Source of the DNA: Basidiobolus meristosporus CBS 931.73
Taxonomy: Eukaryota > Fungi > Basidiobolomycota
NCBI GenBank assembly: GCA_002104905.1
Contig: MCFE01000486.1
Span: 3,700 to 67,699, forward strand
Direction: 5' to 3'
Length of the DNA stretch: 64,000 nucleotides
The position numbers and the translations under genes are program-made. Within the stretch, counting starts at the first letter, position 1; the number at the start of each line of letters is the position of its first letter. Shown here piece by piece: positions 1-12,596 of the stretch. Below the pieces are notes generated by a model. The model searched no databases, was not told where the DNA came from, and saw only the letters and a program-made list of their open reading frames with translations.

Positions 1-1990
1 TGTGGTTAAGTCTCAAAACAGTGGGAGAAAGTATTAGACAAGTTAAGCAAAATCAACTCAAGAAGACTATACAGCCAGCCAGAAAAAGTGAAGCAAATGA
101 TTGCAAGCCTAATTGAAGTATTTAACCATAGGCCATTCAGAAGATAATATAGTACTGTATACTTGTTATATATATATTACTTAGTACAGTGGGAGAAAAC
201 TCTTGGTGACATTTGGTTCTCTGTATCAGATCAGAACAATTGTGATTGATCAAGTCATTGCCAAGCTCTGCAACTCAAAAAGCTGCTATATTGAAGTCTG
301 ATACCAAAGTACTGATGAAACTAGCTTTCAAATGCAGCTTATTTGATCAAATTTGGTCAGCTCTATAAAAGTTATGATTGATCTAAGTGGATGCCAATTT
401 TGATTATATCAAGCTCAAATAGTCAGATATTCTGGACCAATGATGTCATGAGGATTTCTATGCTAAAACACACTGTGGTACCACCTGTAAGGAAGTCCAG
501 AACTATCCCACAAAAGGAACTTCCTTTGGATAATCAGCAGAAAAAGAATAAGAAAAAAATGGGAAAATACTACTAACACAAATTAGGGTACTTTCCAAAT
601 GGAGCCAAAGCCTATGTAGGCTATATTTGGACTATCATATATGCTCCATGGAGCCCCTTTCACAAAGTTCTCAAGCCAGAAACCCCAAAGAGCCTGGAAA
701 TTTCAACAAGATCTGTCAGATATTGTGGTATATATTTGAGCAGATTATTTGAAGCAGCAGTCTTGATGTCTGCTGTCTATGGAGCTGAAAGAAAAAGGTG
801 CAAGGATCATCCTAATGGTTTTTGTAGATTCTGAAGACACTGAATAGAGCAGTTAGCCTTGCACACCAAGCTCAAGGCTGAAAAATAATTATTCAGGAGA
901 ATAAGAATAAAGCCCTTGTTAACAAGATTTCACTTCCAGAAAAGCACCAGTATCTACTCTACAAGCGTATTCTGATAAGACAAAAGCAGCTGTATTAATT
1001 CAAATCAGTAGAAGCTACTCTAAAAATAGCTACCAAACAACCTATGGTACTTTCTGATACCAGACTGGGTAAATCAAGAAGCAAATGGACTTTGAGTCTG
1101 CCATAAATGAAGTGATCAATCCAAAGAAGGTTGCTGCTACTTAAGGAAGACAAAGAGGACCACTCTGGATCATTTTTGTGGATCTGAATCACCAAACAGA
1201 TGGGGTTCAAGTGGGAGCAGGCCATCCCAGCTCAGAGTTGAGCAAAAACCTTTTTTTTCATGTTGTATGTGCCACAATGCTAGGAAATGAGGATAATCCA
1301 GATCAGGCATAGATGACAAAACCTTAACTTGGCCCAACATAGGTCATTTCTTTTACCTCATATAGTGTCTATATGATGGAAGTAGCTGTCCCTGAGCTTA
1401 TTATGGACATACAGTGAAGTTGTCTAAATGAATTAGACTTTTGCCTGTAAATAAGGAAATTCCAGATCTGCTGTAAATGACAAGCCTTGACTTGGCCCAG
1501 TATAGATCATTTCTTTTACCTCATATACAGTCTATATGATGGAAGTAGCTGTCCCTGAGCTTATTATGGATATACAGTGAAGTTGTCTAAATGAATCTAG
1601 ACTTTTGCCTGGAAATAAGAAAACTTCAGATCTGCCATAAATGACAAAACCTTTACTTGTTCAAAAGTGGGTCAATCTTGCTCAAATAAGAAGCATCCAA
1701 TAGCCCAGAGGCTATATATCATTATTATAATCTGACAATCAGACTTAGCTCACTATTGAAGCCTGTACAACTGATCAAAGATGATGATAAGTATTTTGAT
1801 CAGATCATTCTGATTTATAGGCATACTATTAAGTAGGTATGCACATTGAATACAAGTTACTTGCTCAATTAAGTTGAACACAAATGCATATACTGTTGGA
1901 TAATATATTAGTCCATTATGCAACACATTTAAATTTTATATGCTTATTACAGATTGCACACTCTCAATATGTATTTATTACTCATGAATA
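1..1990. repeat. CpG-depleted, decayed repeat-like DNA of unidentified family
   Basis: Almost no CG dinucleotides in 2 kb, no credible ORF, adjacent to Copia relics. Family not recognisable by eye. Confidence 0.45.
1313..1670 (+). repeat. Tandem repeat, about 164-bp unit, about 2.2 copies
   Basis: Units start ATGACAA at 1313, 1477 and 1641. The core TCTATATGATGGAAGTAGCTGTCCCTGAGCTTATTATGGA is identical in copies 1 and 2. Confidence 0.9.
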
Positions 1991-1997
1991 TTTTGTT

Positions 1998-2973
1998 GAG
2001 TGGGAGTGTTGTAATTATTAGGTTGTCACCTAAATATTCATCCTAACTTAGTTACATAGATCTTATTCTTTGATTAGCATTCTGTCATGATCAAATTTCT
2101 TGTTGGGACTCAGAACATTTTCACCAAATTATTGGGTACCCAGATTATGATCTTTCTCAAAGTCATCCAAAAGCCCCCAAACTTTGTACACATATTCTTG
2201 GGACCTTCCTTAACAAACTTCACATGTTTGTTTGCTCTACTTTATCAAAAGTATAAATACCATGCTTTTGATCAATAAATCTACAAGTGAATAACATGTA
2301 AATCCTCTAATTCTCCACATCGCTTCCAATACTCCTCAGAATATTGCAACACAAACAGCCACAAACTTTACACATATGCTCTTGGAACCTTCCTAAGCAT
2401 ATTCAATGTGTTTGTCTTACCATGGCCATGTATAAGTATGAATACCACTTTTATGCTCAATAAATTATGGAGTGAAAACCACATAATCAACTTGTTCTCC
2501 CAATCATTTCCAATATCTCCAAAGCTCTTACAACAAAATGTAGCTTTAGGATGTGCCAACAGATCCAGAACAGATATGGCAGATCTGTGACTCATGGTTG
2601 AAAAATACCCACCACTTTTGGGCCAAATCAGTTGCTGGAGCAGTATACACCAAGTATTGTATTTGCACCTAAATACTCCACCAACTTGGTTGATTAGATC
2701 ACAACAAATAAGCCCCCGTGCTTGCTGACCAGATTCCTTTCGGGAACGTACCAAAATTTATACCCCTAAACACCAAGATTCTCACGGCAATCTAAGCCCC
2801 CCTCCCAAAAACAACTTTGCACAAATGCTCTTGGGACCTTGTGTAGCATATGACTATGTTTGTATTACCAAGACCGTAGAAAAGCATCAACATCACTTCT
2901 ACATTTAATAGGCCATCGAGTGAAAATTACTTGATGTCCTTGTCCTTGCAAGATATCCAAGACTCTTATAACA
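1998..2973 (+). mobile_element. Cluster of Copia relics: PPT + LTR (2007-2351), partial LTR (about 2362-2534), integrase fragment (about 2545-2648), degenerate LTR (about 2650-2973)
   Basis: GAGTGGGAG is followed by TGTTGTAA...TGCAACA (345 bp). The pieces align by eye to the LTR and integrase of the intact element at 38673-43359. Confidence 0.8.
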
Positions 2974-3283
2974 ACGTGTGCCTTAGATATGGGAGCTTTA
3001 AAAAAAGTGCACGATGCTTATTTTTTGGGTCACTGCAGTACAAGTATGTTCTATAGACTCTACAATACCATAGCCAAAAAGCAGCTCAAATGAGCGTGAA
3101 GCCAGCCAGTCAACCAATGGGCAACTACGGCGAGCGCTGTGCCACTCGACCAGATCGCCCTTCGAATAACCCCCTCCCCCAGATTGGCACGTGGCCCTTG
3201 ACGCGACTGTGCCACCCAAACCAGGCCTCACCTACGGTGCCACCAAGTATACGATGAAGTGAGCACGATTTAATATTACTGAT

Positions 3284-3375
3284 TGACGATGGAAATGGCA
3301 ATGACAATGGCAATGGAAATGGAAATGATGGAAATAGACATGGACATGGGCATGGACATGGATATGGGGATATAT
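3284..3375 (+). repeat. Imperfect hexamer repeat (ATGGAA/ATGGAC/ATGGCA)n downstream of PET127
   Basis: Direct reading: gatggaaatggcaatgacaatggcaatggaaatggaaatgatggaaatagacatggacatgggcatggacatggatatgg. Confidence 0.85.
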
Positions 3376-3457
3376 GGTCACGGTCGATGCCGGATGAGAC
3401 TCTAAAGGTGGGGACGGCTAATAGTACACAAAGTAACACGAACCGGAAGCTCTAACA

Positions 3458-5603
3458 CTAGCGGATCGGCTTGTACATCACCTGGGCGACCTCCTCCTCC
3501 TCCGCCTGTTTCTTCTGTCTCAGGCTCTCCAGGAGACGGGTGAGCTGCGGGCCCATCTTCTTCTTCTGCTTGTCGTTGACCCCGTCCGCGGTGTAGTAGA
3601 ACTCGGCCTGTCTCTTGCGGACGCTCTCGTACTGACGGATGAGCTCCCGCTGGCCGCTCTTGATCTCCTTGAGGGTGTAGTTGAACTCCCACTCGTCGGA
3701 CCCGTTGGACGCGAGGTCGAAATGGCCGTCCACTCGACGGTTATTCACCCTGGAGTAGCTGTTGATCTGCCATCTGGATACCTGGGCGTTGTCGTCCACC
3801 TTGTAGACGGGCAAGGATTTGACGGTCTCCTCGGCGCTGGGGGAGTAGCCTTGCTCCTCGTTCATTGCCTCGACGTACACATCCATCGTTGGGGAGGTCT
3901 CCTTGGTGTCGACAGTCACCAGCAAGCTCTGAGAGGGGGAGGGAGAAAGAAAGGGTTAGGAGGATGCTGGGCAGTTGGGTGTGGATGCTTACCTGGTTGG
4001 GATATCTCTCGGTGGCGGTGTTGAGGATCCTTCCGAGAAGCTTGATGGACTGGCTGAACACCTGCTCACCCATGACCGGGTTGCCGAACAGACGGGTCTC
4101 CATCTCGTCAAGGGAGATGTACTGGAAACCGAACACCCGGGCGGTGTTGTGGTAGCAGACGAACACTCCGTCCATGTTCCCGATGCGCACCTGGATCGAG
4201 TACTTTAGGAACGCCGAGCGGATCATGTCAAAGTACTCTCTCTCGAACGACTCGAACAGTCCGTACCGCTTCTTAATCTCGTAGATGCTGTTGTTGAGGT
4301 AGTTGTACTTGTCCAGTCGGATGGGCATGGCCGCGCGCGTCTTCAGGTCGAAGGTCTTGCGGGGGAGTCGTGGGTCCTGACAATCCAGCTGTGCGCGGAG
4401 TAGGAAGTCCTCCACCTTCGCGTAGTGGTACGGCTCCGGCGTGTTCCGGAGGTCCTTGATCTTCCAGGAGTTGTCCTTGTGGAAGTTCCGGAACTCTTCG
4501 GGTGGCAAGGTGAGCATCTTCTCCATGGATTTCCCGAGCACCACCAACACACCGTCGGTGACGTCGAAACTCTTGTCCGCATCGATGGCGTACACGCCGT
4601 CTTTCAGTCGAAGGCACACCGAGGCCGGAAGCTTCATGGACCGGGTGTACCCGCGTGGCTGGGGGAAGAAGAAAGGTGAGAAAGGCGGAGTCGCGTACGA
4701 CGCGTCGGTAGGGAAACCAGGTCTACCTCATTCCAGAACGAGGCCGAAAGCACCGAAGCGTTGATGGGCTTGAAGGCGGTGGTGAGGAAGTACATGTGGG
4801 ACAGGAGGTGGGAGGTGGAAGAAGTCGAGCCGACGTATTTCTTCCCGTGCTTGATGGCCAGCTGTCTGAGATTCTACAAAATAGAGGACCGGTGAGTTGC
4901 GTTGGCCCCCGCATTCTCGACCAGCCATGGGCCCATACCTCATCCTTGGAAGAAGTGATGTACGGTTGCAACGCGTCGAAATCGAACTCCGAGGGGGACA
5001 AGATGTTTTTGAGGTACGGGTCGAAGTTGTACACCTTCGAGCGGGGATCCTGAAGAAAATGAACCCCGGGGCTGCGCGGGTGGTTAGATGCGGTGGACTA
5101 TGGTGGCCTGGTATCCAGCTCGCCTCGATACTTACTTGAAAAGCACTCGATCCAGGTCGTGTGCAAGATGGGCGATATCGGTCAAGGGCCCTTGGACAGC
5201 TGGAAAGGAAAGATTTCGGTAAGTGTCGACCCTAGCTCAGAAGGATTGCTCTTCAAAGTGCTCACGTTCGTAGAGGAAGGGGTATGCTTTGGTGGAGGTG
5301 TAGTTAGCGTCGGAAGCGGCCTTGGGAGCCTTCTTCTGGGCTTGCTTCACGGAGTTGCTTACATTCTTCACGGCATTCAGCATCCTCTTGTTCTTCGACT
5401 TCTCTGGAAAGCAAGGCTGATGGTTAGCGAAACAAGGGTCACTTCGCATGCATGGCTTTCTGAGGAGGCGTACTTTTTTTCGAGCTGAAGTCCCGCTGCT
5501 GGGTTTGCAAGTTGCTCAGCATAGACGTGGGTTGGGTCAAAGCCCACCTGCCTGGGGTGGACTTCACCAGGCCAGAAGATCGGTTCCAAAGCTGCTGCAA
5601 CAT
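3458..5603 (-). CDS. PET127: Mitochondrial RNA-processing exonuclease Pet127 (multi-exon)
   Basis: Motifs LAHDLDRVLFN/PGV, VYNFDPYL, KTFDLKTRA, FEREYFDMIRSAFLKYSIQVRIGNMDGVFVCYHNT. N-terminus MLQQLWNRSSGL resembles a mitochondrial presequence. GT-AG introns join the track ORFs; 5' exon borders are inferred. Confidence 0.88.
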
Positions 5604-5959
5604 CGTATACACCGTAGATAGAAGATGGGAATCGCCCACCGGACGTTCACATTATACAAATTTTTGCGAAAAAATCCATAACCAGTCACTCCCAATAGGC
5701 TTGCGGAGCAGAATTTTATTTTCCATTTAAGTAGATTGGTTAAATGGGCATGAATCCTCGGTGCCAATGTAAATTTCCTCCGGCCGGCCACCACAGCTGT
5801 CTCGCTGGATTCGCCTGGTAGCACAAGATGCTTGCGCCCTGAAGGATTTTCATTGGCAGGAGGCGAAGGAAAATGGCCGTCAACGCGGGGGGGGGGGGCA
5901 AAAGACTATGGATTTTGGGATTCTTTACTACAACTCCAATGGATAAACGGGGCTCCAGT

Positions 5960-6467
5960 TTACTGGTTGGCAGAGCCTGCGTTGCCAATCATGGTCAGCA
6001 TCGCCCTGGTGTTTTGTATCAACTGATCGCGTTGCTTGAATAAGCTCTCCACAGAACGAACTTTCTCCTCGGTCAATCCGGCCACGTTTTTCGCCTCCGG
6101 CTCTACACTAGACAAGGTGAGCAAGCCCCCTGCATTGATCCTGGTCTCCAAGTGCTCGATAGACTTCAACAAAGTGCTTGCATCGGCTAGGCAGGTGGTA
6201 ACGAACGAATGATTAGTGGCATACACGTCGCCATCGTTTCTCGTGTGGGGACATACCGTTGGCTTGGTTTGAGGTGTATCCTGTCAGGGGTGAGTGGCTT
6301 CTAGATAAAGGAGACGGGTGTTAAAGAAAGGAAAGGGAAAAGAAGCGAGTTGGAGGGGTAGCGAACATGTTGGTGAAGAGCTCGGCCCCTAAACTGTCTA
6401 TGGCATTCACCTCCTCAAGCAAGGAGTCAATCAGCTTATGTTGGTCTTGCAAAGTCTTGATGGACAT
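5960..6467 (-). CDS. Hypothetical helical protein, about 120 aa, 3 exons
   Basis: MSIKTLQDQHKLIDSLLEEV... splices in frame through gttcgc..ctag and gtatgt..ctag introns to ...NAGSANQ*. No family recognised. Confidence 0.6.
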
Positions 6468-6810
6468 TACTGGAAGCAAGTTTGGCTCGCCGTGCATGAC
6501 ACCACTTTTCAATGGTTCCAGAGTTAATTTCAATTAATCAGTATCTCAGATCTACGGGATACTGATTACGTAGATTAGCCACGTAACTCGGGGTGGCCAA
6601 TGGATGTCACGCAGTATGTTGTATAGTACAGCTGATTTTATTAAGAAATCGGTAACAAATATAAAAACATCGTTAAATTATTTGACAAATTGTCCTCCTT
6701 TTCCCAATCGGTGTGACAGATGACTTCTCACACGACTGATTGGAATGCTGCCAGGATTCAATCGAGTGGTACGTCTCCTCGGATAGGATTGAAGACGTGT
6801 CTCGTGCGAT

Positions 6811-7790
6811 TCAATGGCCAGCCTCAGAGCCGTTATCGGAATAGACAGATGCGGGCTTGTAGGCGCTGTGGATATCGGGCTGATGGTCATCTTCAAAGTC
6901 GGGAGGGATCTCATACACACCGTAGAGCACGGAGGTGGGGACGAATGGAGATGCCTCAATATCAGCCTTGGTGGCGACACCACTGAGCACCAACACCGAG
7001 TCAATCTCGGAGTTCACTCCGGCAAGGACATCAGTATCGATTCTGTCACCAATGATGCAGGTCTCCTCACGAGTACATCCGAGAATACGTTGGGCGTATC
7101 TCATCATCAAACTGCTGGGCTTGCCACAGAAGAAGGCGTTCTTCTTGCTGGCCAGCTCGATGGCGTTGGCGAAGCAACCGCAGGAGGGATGGAGGACACC
7201 GTTGGCATCGGGGCCGTTGACGTCCAGGTTGGTGCCGATCAATTTGGCTCCGCCGGAGCAGAGTCTGACGGCCTTGGCGATCTTCTCGTAGTTGTAGCTA
7301 CTAGACTCGCCCACGACAACGAAGTCGGGGTTGACGTCGTTCATGATGAATCCATGCTCGTAGAGAGCGTAGGTGAGTCCGGGCTCGCCGATGGCATAGC
7401 AAGACCCACCGGCCTTTTGGGTTTGTAAGAACTTGGCGGTACAGATACCGGAGGTGTAGAAATGCTCCTCGCCAACCTCGATACCAAGACGGGCAAGCTT
7501 CTCGGACAGCTCCCTAGGGGTAGGGGCGGAGTTGTTTGTCAAGAAGAGGAACTTCTTGTTCTCGCGCTTCAGCCAGTCAACGAACTCCTTGACACCCTTG
7601 AGCAAGTTGTTGCCCTATCATAACAAAAGCCCGCGGTTAGTAAATGGTTGGGAAAGCCGGCTGCGCGAAGGATACTCACTCTGTAGATAACGCCATCCAT
7701 ATCGCAGATGAAAGCCTTCTTGTTACGAATCTTCTCCAAGGCATCGGCGTGCAACTTGGGATCAAAGTAAGTATGCTCAATATCAAACAT
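6811..7790 (-). CDS. HAD-superfamily subfamily IIA hydrolase (NagD/p-nitrophenyl phosphatase-like), 304 aa, one intron at 7615-7679
   Basis: Motifs DMDGVIY, FLTNNS, GKP, IGDRIDTD. The GTGAGT..CTAAC..TAG intron restores the frame. Confidence 0.93.
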
Positions 7791-8394
7791 GGTAGTGTAT
7801 TAGGGATTATGTAGGTAAAAACGTCTATAACACAAGTGTGTTGAGATGCAGTTGTGTCCACGAGCAGCCGTATTTATAAGTGTGATTCACTCAAACCCAC
7901 AGGACACCAATTACCGAATCGCTCTGGACTACTCGTCTCATGCCGCATTCCCCACCCCCAGATAAGACGATGATATCATGAAGTATCGATGAACGTGGTT
8001 AGCAAATGATGAGCTATCAATTAATCGATAGATGGATCGACCGCACCAAGCAGAAACTAGATTCGAACTGTCCAAAACACACTACGAATTCTAGGCATCT
8101 CTTCGTTCCCGATTACTCTACTGGTGAAGGGCCAGAGCCATTCTAGAAAACCCTGCATGCTTGCTATCCTAAAAGATACGCATTTCGCCCAAGACCGTAA
8201 TGGCCAACCTACATTCAGTCGCTATTCCTGGTAACCGAGCTTCTATCCAGGAATATTATTGTTGGCTAGGATTCAACATGCGTGCTGCTAAATCATAAAT
8301 TAAGGTTAAAACCATCCGTTCATTTGCTCGATTTATTTTGTGAATTACAATAATATAGTTGATGTCTATGGTATATGACAGCCGTGGCTATTGA

Positions 8395-8845
8395 TTAGTC
8401 CCAGGCCTTCTTCCCTATTTGCTTCTTGATGGATTTCTCGGTCTGTTTGTCCATACGTTTCTCCACCTTCTCCACTGCCACGATGGCCTTCTCCAGGAGC
8501 TTTGCTTTACGCTTCTGTGCTTTGGTGGAGACTTGCTTCTTTTTCCCCTTTTTGACTCCACTATATGTTAATTGATCGGTCAGTGCTATATGACGGTGAG
8601 TGGATGATCCGTCGTGAGACATACCCTTGGTTTGAACGTTGTTGGAGTTGAGCTATTTGACGTTCGACGACTTCCTTGTTTGAAGTCCCTGGGTGAATAT
8701 CGTATTAGTACTTTATGAAGACACCATGGTTTTGCTTCGATGTACATACCCTCAACATCGACTTGCATCTTCTCTACATTTTCCAAACGTGTTAATATTA
8801 ACTCACGTGCAGATTCTCTGGGCTTTACGTACTTGGTTTTCCCAT
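8395..8845 (-). CDS. Alb1/Ecm1-like small basic pre-60S ribosome biogenesis factor (4 exons, about 90 aa)
   Basis: C-terminal GVKKGKKKQVSTKAQKRKAKLLEKAIVAVEKVEKRMDK...KKAWD fits the Alb1/Ecm1 pattern. Three in-frame GT-AG introns. Confidence 0.65.
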
Positions 8846-9227
8846 GGTGAAGTAATTGATACGCTGCAGAGGCCGGGTGGAATGCTGGTGTCGGTGATGG
8901 TAGTGGTGATGATTGCAGAAGGTAGTCTCGTGGCTGTGATTTTTTTTTCTTTGTGAAACCCCTTCGACATCACGTGACACCCATTGACAAACAGGTGTGG
9001 GATGCACAGAATCAGGAAGACATAAAAATATCCTTTAATCAGATATTGTTCATGATTGATTAACTCAAAGGCGAATCAATCCTGTAGGGCGATGGGATTA
9101 GTCACACTGGTTTCATACATCGAAATTCCGGAATCGTATTAATAGAGGTTGAGGGGATGAAGGCATATAAGAGTGTTTGTGAGTGCTTCCCTAAGCTAAA
9201 TTACATCGAGGCACCACTGTTGACACC

Positions 9228-10533
9228 ATGGATTTGGAAAGCCTTCCATCGATTGCCTACACAGACAGAAATCAGGGCACTCCGTCGCCCGTTCTAACGA
9301 ACAGCTCCCGCTCCACTTCACCAATAGCCACACCAACTCCCTCCCGTCGCCTAAGTTTCTCTTCCAATCCCACCCAACTTCACACTTCAGGTACGCTGCT
9401 CAGCTCCAGCGCGCTAGCAAGTTCACTGTTCAACTCGCTCACCATTAAATAGAACACAAATATCCGCGCGCTTCACCGAGAACACTTCGACGGTTTGGCT
9501 TCGTGGACCCACCCCAACGCATCCTCAAGCCAGAGCCAGTAAGCATCGAACGTCCAGTGTTCAAACTATCACCACAGCGACCAGCACCAGCTCAATCTGC
9601 CACGAAGCCTAGACCTGAATGGAACAACCATTTCAATTCAGTCTACGGGGACAAACGGCAAGTCAAGTTGATGACCAATCATTCGCCATGCGCCTTCCCT
9701 AATTAGCCCTTACCATTCTAGGACGAGCCCGAAAGGAGCTGGAACGCCAAATGCAAACAGTCTCGATTCCCCAACGGATGCAAAGTAAAGGACACCTAGG
9801 ATAGGCGCTCGATCGCCGAGTTACTGACCTTGCTTTGGTTTTGTAGAGGTTTTTTGAAGCGTCGGAACTCCACTGTCGTCGATGGAGATCCAGCTCTGGT
9901 GGAGGTACGGTTGACGTGTGGCATTAGTTTTGTTGTCAGCCACTAACGGATGAGCCATCATCTTATAGCAATTGCAACGGAAAGTGGCGAAACTTCGAGA
10001 TAGAGTGGACCTCGGTAAGGAATAGGGAGCTGTTGTTGAAGCAACATGGCATGGCTGACATTCGAGGGAATTTTAGAAATCGAGAAACGCGACACCATCG
10101 AGCGCAATCTGATGATCGAGTTGGCATCTCGAAGGCGTTTCGAGGCGGAATGTCGTAGCAAGGATGAGATCATTCGGGAGCTTCGTAAGTTCTTCTCTAT
10201 CACCCCGATATGGCTGTCCACCCACTCAGTCGATTCTCTAGGGATCATGCTTCGACACATATCACAGAATCACGAAAATCTCGTGGTGAACGCCGACCGT
10301 CGGGAGCGTGATTTTGCCAATAGACTACGGGCCGAGCGCGAGATTCGCGTTCACCTGGAGAGTCAGGTCAAGCAGTTGGGGTCAATGTTGGCGCCTGAAG
10401 TTATGCTTAGAATGCTAGAGGAGCAGATCGAGGTATTTTCGTCCCCCCCCCCCACAGCAGCCACAGGGTTAACCGATTCTTCGTGTAGGCAATGGACATG
10501 ATTGAGGAAACCATAAAACCTGAGTCTCTGTAA
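9228..10533 (+). CDS. Hypothetical protein: Ser/Pro-rich N-terminus and coiled-coil C-terminus (multi-exon)
   Basis: Exons join in frame (…GFLKRRNSTVVDGDPALVEQLQRKVAKLRDRVDLEIEKRDTIERNL…) if one intron is GC-AG (9658-9721). Confidence 0.6.
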
Positions 10534-10876
10534 AGATCTACGCCCCTCATTGTGGGACGAAAATACCATTGTGGCCACAATAGCACATTGGAATTGTACT
10601 ATATAACTGTGGATAATCAACCAATAAATCATGAAACAAGAAATTCGGGGCGGGCGCTGGAAGTAACGAGTGATCAGATTATTGTGGGGTATTCTCAACT
10701 ACCAGGATGCATGAAACGTCCAGGTTTCGATTGTGATTTCGAAGAGAACAATGATCATTCACCATTATCGCGATGGAACAATCTCTGACGGGCTTTGCCA
10801 CCTTGGCCTGACCCAAAGATATATAAGAGAACCGCGTTACCTGGTGCAAGGTTTATCCCAACATAGATTAAATAGA

Positions 10877-11283
10877 ATGATCTCCTTTCTGGAACACCCC
10901 TCTGACTCGTGGGATGAAGGATTTGAGTTTGACCAGGAAGAGTTCGTGGTGCCTGATTGCATACAGCAAAGCCAATCGTCTTTTCGTCACCAGCGAGAGT
11001 CCCTGCTCCAGGTTCACCGGCTCTATCAAGGTATGTTGCTGTACCCTCCCACCCACACCGCGCCAACCTTGCTAAGTGTTGTGCTCCCACAGAATTAAAG
11101 CTTATCTACGAGAGGAATTCCAAATCCAACGACAAGATAGACCAGTTGATCCGCGCCAGGCAGCTACTGGACTTCGTCGAGGGAGATGCCCTTGTCCCTG
11201 ACATCACCCAAGAGACTGAGTTCTGCAGCGCCACCATGACCACTCTGATCCGACAGATCCAAGAGCTTATCGCCCACTTCTAA
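10877..11283 (+). CDS. Hypothetical protein, 2 exons (start uncertain)
   Basis: MISFLEHPSDSWDEGFEFDQEEF… spliced through gtatgt..ctaag..cag to ELKLIYERN…ELIAHF*. Confidence 0.5.
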
Positions 11284-11357
11284 CTGTACATCAATATTCC
11301 ATCCCTGTTTATTTAAGTTAATCACCTTCTTAACCATGGAACATGTAAATTTAGACA

Positions 11358-11500
11358 CTGTACATCACACTACATATACTACACTACATACATTACACCA
11401 CCCATCACATTACACATTACACATTACACATCGCACCCAACACCCCGCCCATCACATTACATTACACACCCGCCACTATCACATCACATTTCGCACCCAA
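11358..11500 (+). repeat. Low-complexity (TACAC/ATCAC)-type pentamer tract
   Basis: Direct reading; almost G-free run of CAC/TAC motifs. Confidence 0.75.
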
Positions 11501-11623
11501 ATCTCAAAACATAACATAATTACTTAACCCTATTTGAACGGATTAAACCAATCCCAGTCCCCTAACCGGATTTTTTTCCACCTCACCAACGCTACTCACA
11601 CAGTTCGACTCCTTTCCATACGA

Positions 11624-12385
11624 ATGCCAGATCCCACCACCTTTCAGTACATCACCTCTGGCTGGGAAGACGGGGAGTTTACTAATAAAGAGATGGAGGA
11701 GTTGGACAGATGGACCTTGCAGGCTGCGGACAACATCTCCGTCAAGCTTGGCCAGTTCACGTTGTCCTTCGAGCAGGATCCCCACTCGCCGCACCTGGGC
11801 GGGTACGCGTGGGGCTCCTCCTTCATCCTTAGTTGCTACTTGGAGTGTCTGTTTCGTAGAGGCGGGAAGGGGAGCAACCGGAAAAAGTGTTTGAACGTGG
11901 CGGGGAAGAACTGCCTAGAGTTGGGGGCTGGGATCGGGGTGCCGGGGATAGTGCTGAGCAAGTTGGAGGCCAACGTTATCATGACCGATATCCCGGAGCT
12001 GGTTCCTCGGCTGGAGCGAAACGTCGCCCTGAACCAGGCCAACGTCACCACCATGCCCTTGGTCTGGGGTAGGGGGTACCAGAAGGAGATCGACCGGATC
12101 AAGCAGGAGTTCCCCTTAGATTTCATTTTCGCCGCAGATTGCATCTACTCCGAGGCGAGTGCCACGGACCTGGTTTACACCATGAACGAGCTGTGCGACG
12201 AGCACAAGAAAACCACCATCTACTGCATGTCGGAGGTCAGAAACCAGGCGGCTCAGGACGCGTTCGTCGCCAACGCGAAGGAGCTCTTGAACCTGGAGAT
12301 ATTGCCGACCACTGCCTGGCATCCGTACGTGCCGGAGCAGATGCGGCTGGATTTCGTCCGTTTCTATAGACTCACTAAACATTGA
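11624..12385 (+). CDS. Family-16 (METTL21/Efm-like) SAM-dependent protein methyltransferase, intronless
   Basis: GGYAWGSS, motif I CLELGAGIG, MTD post-I, FAADCIY. First ATG at 11624 (the track ORF opens on TTG). Confidence 0.88.
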   Translation: MPDPTTFQYITSGWEDGEFTNKEMEELDRWTLQAADNISVKLGQFTLSFEQDPHSPHLGGYAWGSSFILSCYLECLFRRGGKGSNRKKCLNVAGKNCLELGAGIGVPGIVLSKLEANVIMTDIPELVPRLERNVALNQANVTTMPLVWGRGYQKEIDRIKQEFPLDFIFAADCIYSEASATDLVYTMNELCDEHKKTTIYCMSEVRNQAAQDAFVANAKELLNLEILPTTAWHPYVPEQMRLDFVRFYRLTKH

Positions 12386-12596
12386 GTGGTCCGGGCTGCG
12401 ACCACAACATAGACCTGTCTGCTGTATATCAACTTCAATAAACTTCAATCCCCCCGCCTCCTCCAAGCCTGTTGTGGAACATCGTTTATGTGTCTGTGTG
12501 GGTGGGTGAATGAGTGGGTGTGCGTGTGGGGTCCGGTGTGATGGTGGTGCTACATCCGCAACATGTATATGCGCTCTGGACAAGGCTAGGCTACCA

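Noticed and set aside
1313-1700. GIY-YIG or C2H2 zinc-finger reading of the 164-bp repeat
   Set aside because: Superficial resemblance only (FYLI..YYGHT..L..R; KTFTCSK.G). Key His/Cys residues and the frame are not conserved.
3125-3439. ORF with CPCPCP/FPFPLP repeats (metallothionein-like appearance)
   Set aside because: It is only a translation of the hexamer repeat downstream of PET127.
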